Part shown: positions 53,401 to 55,093 of the stretch, piece after piece | How positions within the stretch are numbered: position 1 is the first letter of the stretch | Layout of the letters: each line of letters starts with the position of its first letter | From: Prorocentrum cordatum | Lineage: Eukaryota | Direction of reading: 5' to 3' | Length of the DNA: 55,093 nt | Assembly: GCA_963575745.1 (NCBI GenBank) | Contig: CAUYUJ010000184.1 | Span: forward strand, 62,001-117,093 | The notes under the pieces: generated by a model | The model's input: only the letters and a program-made list of their open reading frames with translations | Database searches by the model: none | Told to the model about the DNA's origin: nothing | Program-made: the position numbers and the translations under genes

Positions 53401-55093
53401 ACCACCAGAGGCCAGCGCGAGCCTGACAGTGACCGTTGGGACGCCCCTGACAGTGACCGTTGGGCGCGGCGGGAGAATCTCTAGATAATCACAACGGGCT
53501 TACCCGAGCTACGGGCCGCTCAATCGCAACAAGTTTATGGGCCTGTCGAGGGTGGACTTGGGCTATGGGCCGCTTCGGATGAAGGACTCGGGCATGCAGG
53601 AGCGGTCCCCGCCAGGCTACAAGAGCCCAGCGGCCCCCCCGTTGGACACCGCCACCTGCCGTGCTCGGCACAACCAGGCGCGTCGGATGGCTCCAGGTGC
53701 CCTGTAGGGTCTGCGGTCAGGTGCCCTGTAGGGTCTTCGGCCACATGGATTGTGGCGCCCAGGACAGTCCAGGATCCTCCTCCTCTTCCTCCTCCTCCTC
53801 CTCCTCCTCGTCCCCGTCCTCCTCCTCCTCCTCCTCCTCCTCCTCCTCCTCCTCCTTCTCCTCCTCCTCCTCCTCCTCCTCCTCCTCCTACTTCTTCGCG
53901 CCCTCCGCTACCGCGGTGTCGGCGCCGAAGTGGCGCGCGGCGCGCCGTGGGCCAGCCAGAGGCCGGGGGCGGCGCCGCCGCCTCAGGCTTGCCCGCCATC
54001 CCGCCGCCCGCAGCGCGGATGCCGCCCCGCCACCGCGGCGGCCGCGCGTGCCCCGCGGGCGGCGGCGCGCCGGAACAGCCGCCATCGCCATGGCGGCCGC
54101 GGCGGTCGCACGTGCCGAGGCGCCGCGCGCGGCGCCGTGGTCCGAGGATGCCGCGGTCGGCGACGCCCCGCCTGCCTGTGCGCGGCGGGCGAGGGGGCGA
54201 TCCTGGGTCGGCCAGGGGGGGCGGAGGCCTCGGGAGGCCAGCCCGCAGGTGGGGGGGGGGGGGGCTGGACGAGCAAACGGCAGCCACCCCGTGAGCGATG
54301 GCCACCGCCGCGGCGGGCGCGGCCGCCCGCGGCCAGGAGGGCGCGCCAGACCCAGCGGCAGCACCTGCGGCAGTCCCCGCGGCAGGATGTTCAGCCCCTC
54401 CCCCGGCCAGGAGGTGGCGCGCGCCAGCCCCGGCGGCAGAGGGCCCTGCCCCAGCGCAGCCGCCACTGCAGCCTGAGTGGCGCGGCCGCGGGTGACGGGC
54501 GACGCCGTGTTCAGCAGCGGGTGCGGCGCTATCGCGAGGTCGGTGCGACTGCCGCAGCCCTTGGATGCGCGCAGCGAGACGCCGAAAACAAACCGCGTCG
54601 AGGGTTGCCTGGGGCGGCTGATGCGTGGGCAGAACCCCGACGGAGGCGGCGCGGCCTGCGCGCCCATCCCGCCGGCACAGCGGTGGCCCCACCCAGGGCA
54701 GATCCAGGGGGCGAGGTCGCTTTCGCCGAGGGCGGACGTGGCCGAGGGACCACGCCCGCGGGGCAGGGTGAGGCGCGATCCCCGCTGGCAGGCACCCGCT
54801 GGTCGAGCTCCGAGGGGCGCGGCGGGGTGCGAGGCATTGGCGCCCCTCACGCCGCGGGCCGAGGCGCCCCCGACTACCGGCGGCGCCGCCGTCAAGCGGG
54901 CGCGCCCGAGGGCGCAGAACGCGCGGGGAGGGGAGGGGCGCGGCCCCCCGTTGGCCGAGGCGGCCGCGCCGCGGCGGCGCCGCCGTCATGTGGGCATCGG
55001 CGGGGTGGCGAAGTCTTAGGGCGCGTCGCCCTGCCCGCTCCAGATCTCGGGTGGCCGAGGCGTCCGCGCCGCGGCGGCGCCGCCGTCGCGTCG

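Noticed and set aside
53423..53736. Short tandem duplications (CCTGACAGTGACCGTTGGG x2; CAGGTGCCCTGTAGGGTCT x2)
   Set aside because: Ordinary local slippage duplications beside a decayed LINE remnant.
53535..55019. Several 180-484 aa GC-rich ORFs on both strands
   Set aside because: Ala/Arg/Pro/Gly-rich with no motifs; explained by extreme GC content.

Overview
Eukaryotic, GC-rich, microsatellite-rich DNA, almost certainly dinoflagellate: a perfect 22-nt spliced leader (DinoSL) lies at 26092-26113. No host gene can be called with confidence. Two large retroelements dominate. (1) 632-10518 is an apparently intact tyrosine-recombinase (DIRS-order, Ngaro/PAT-like) retrotransposon with split direct repeats (A1..B1-A2-B2), inserted in a (CCT)n tract. 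It encodes a TM-containing leader ORF, a gag-like ORF, an overlapping RT-RNaseH ORF extended by an HPD-containing J-domain, and a YR. (2) 29734-45697 is a ~16-kb Ty1/Copia LTR retrotransposon with 252-bp LTRs (4 mismatches), a GCCTG TSD, a tRNA-iMet-type PBS and non-TG..CA ends. Its disrupted giant polyprotein carries gag/Zn-knuckle, a Tpt1/KptA RNA 2'-phosphotransferase, a RING-H2, protease, a cytosine-methyltransferase-like domain, INT, RT and RNaseH. Its internal region is studded with more than 30 covarying GC-NN-G-GNRA-C-N'N'-GC tetraloop hairpins. The remainder is MITEs/foldbacks, an SL-headed retrocopy, a LINE remnant, satellites and simple repeats. Domain calls rest on motif recognition by eye, not database searches.
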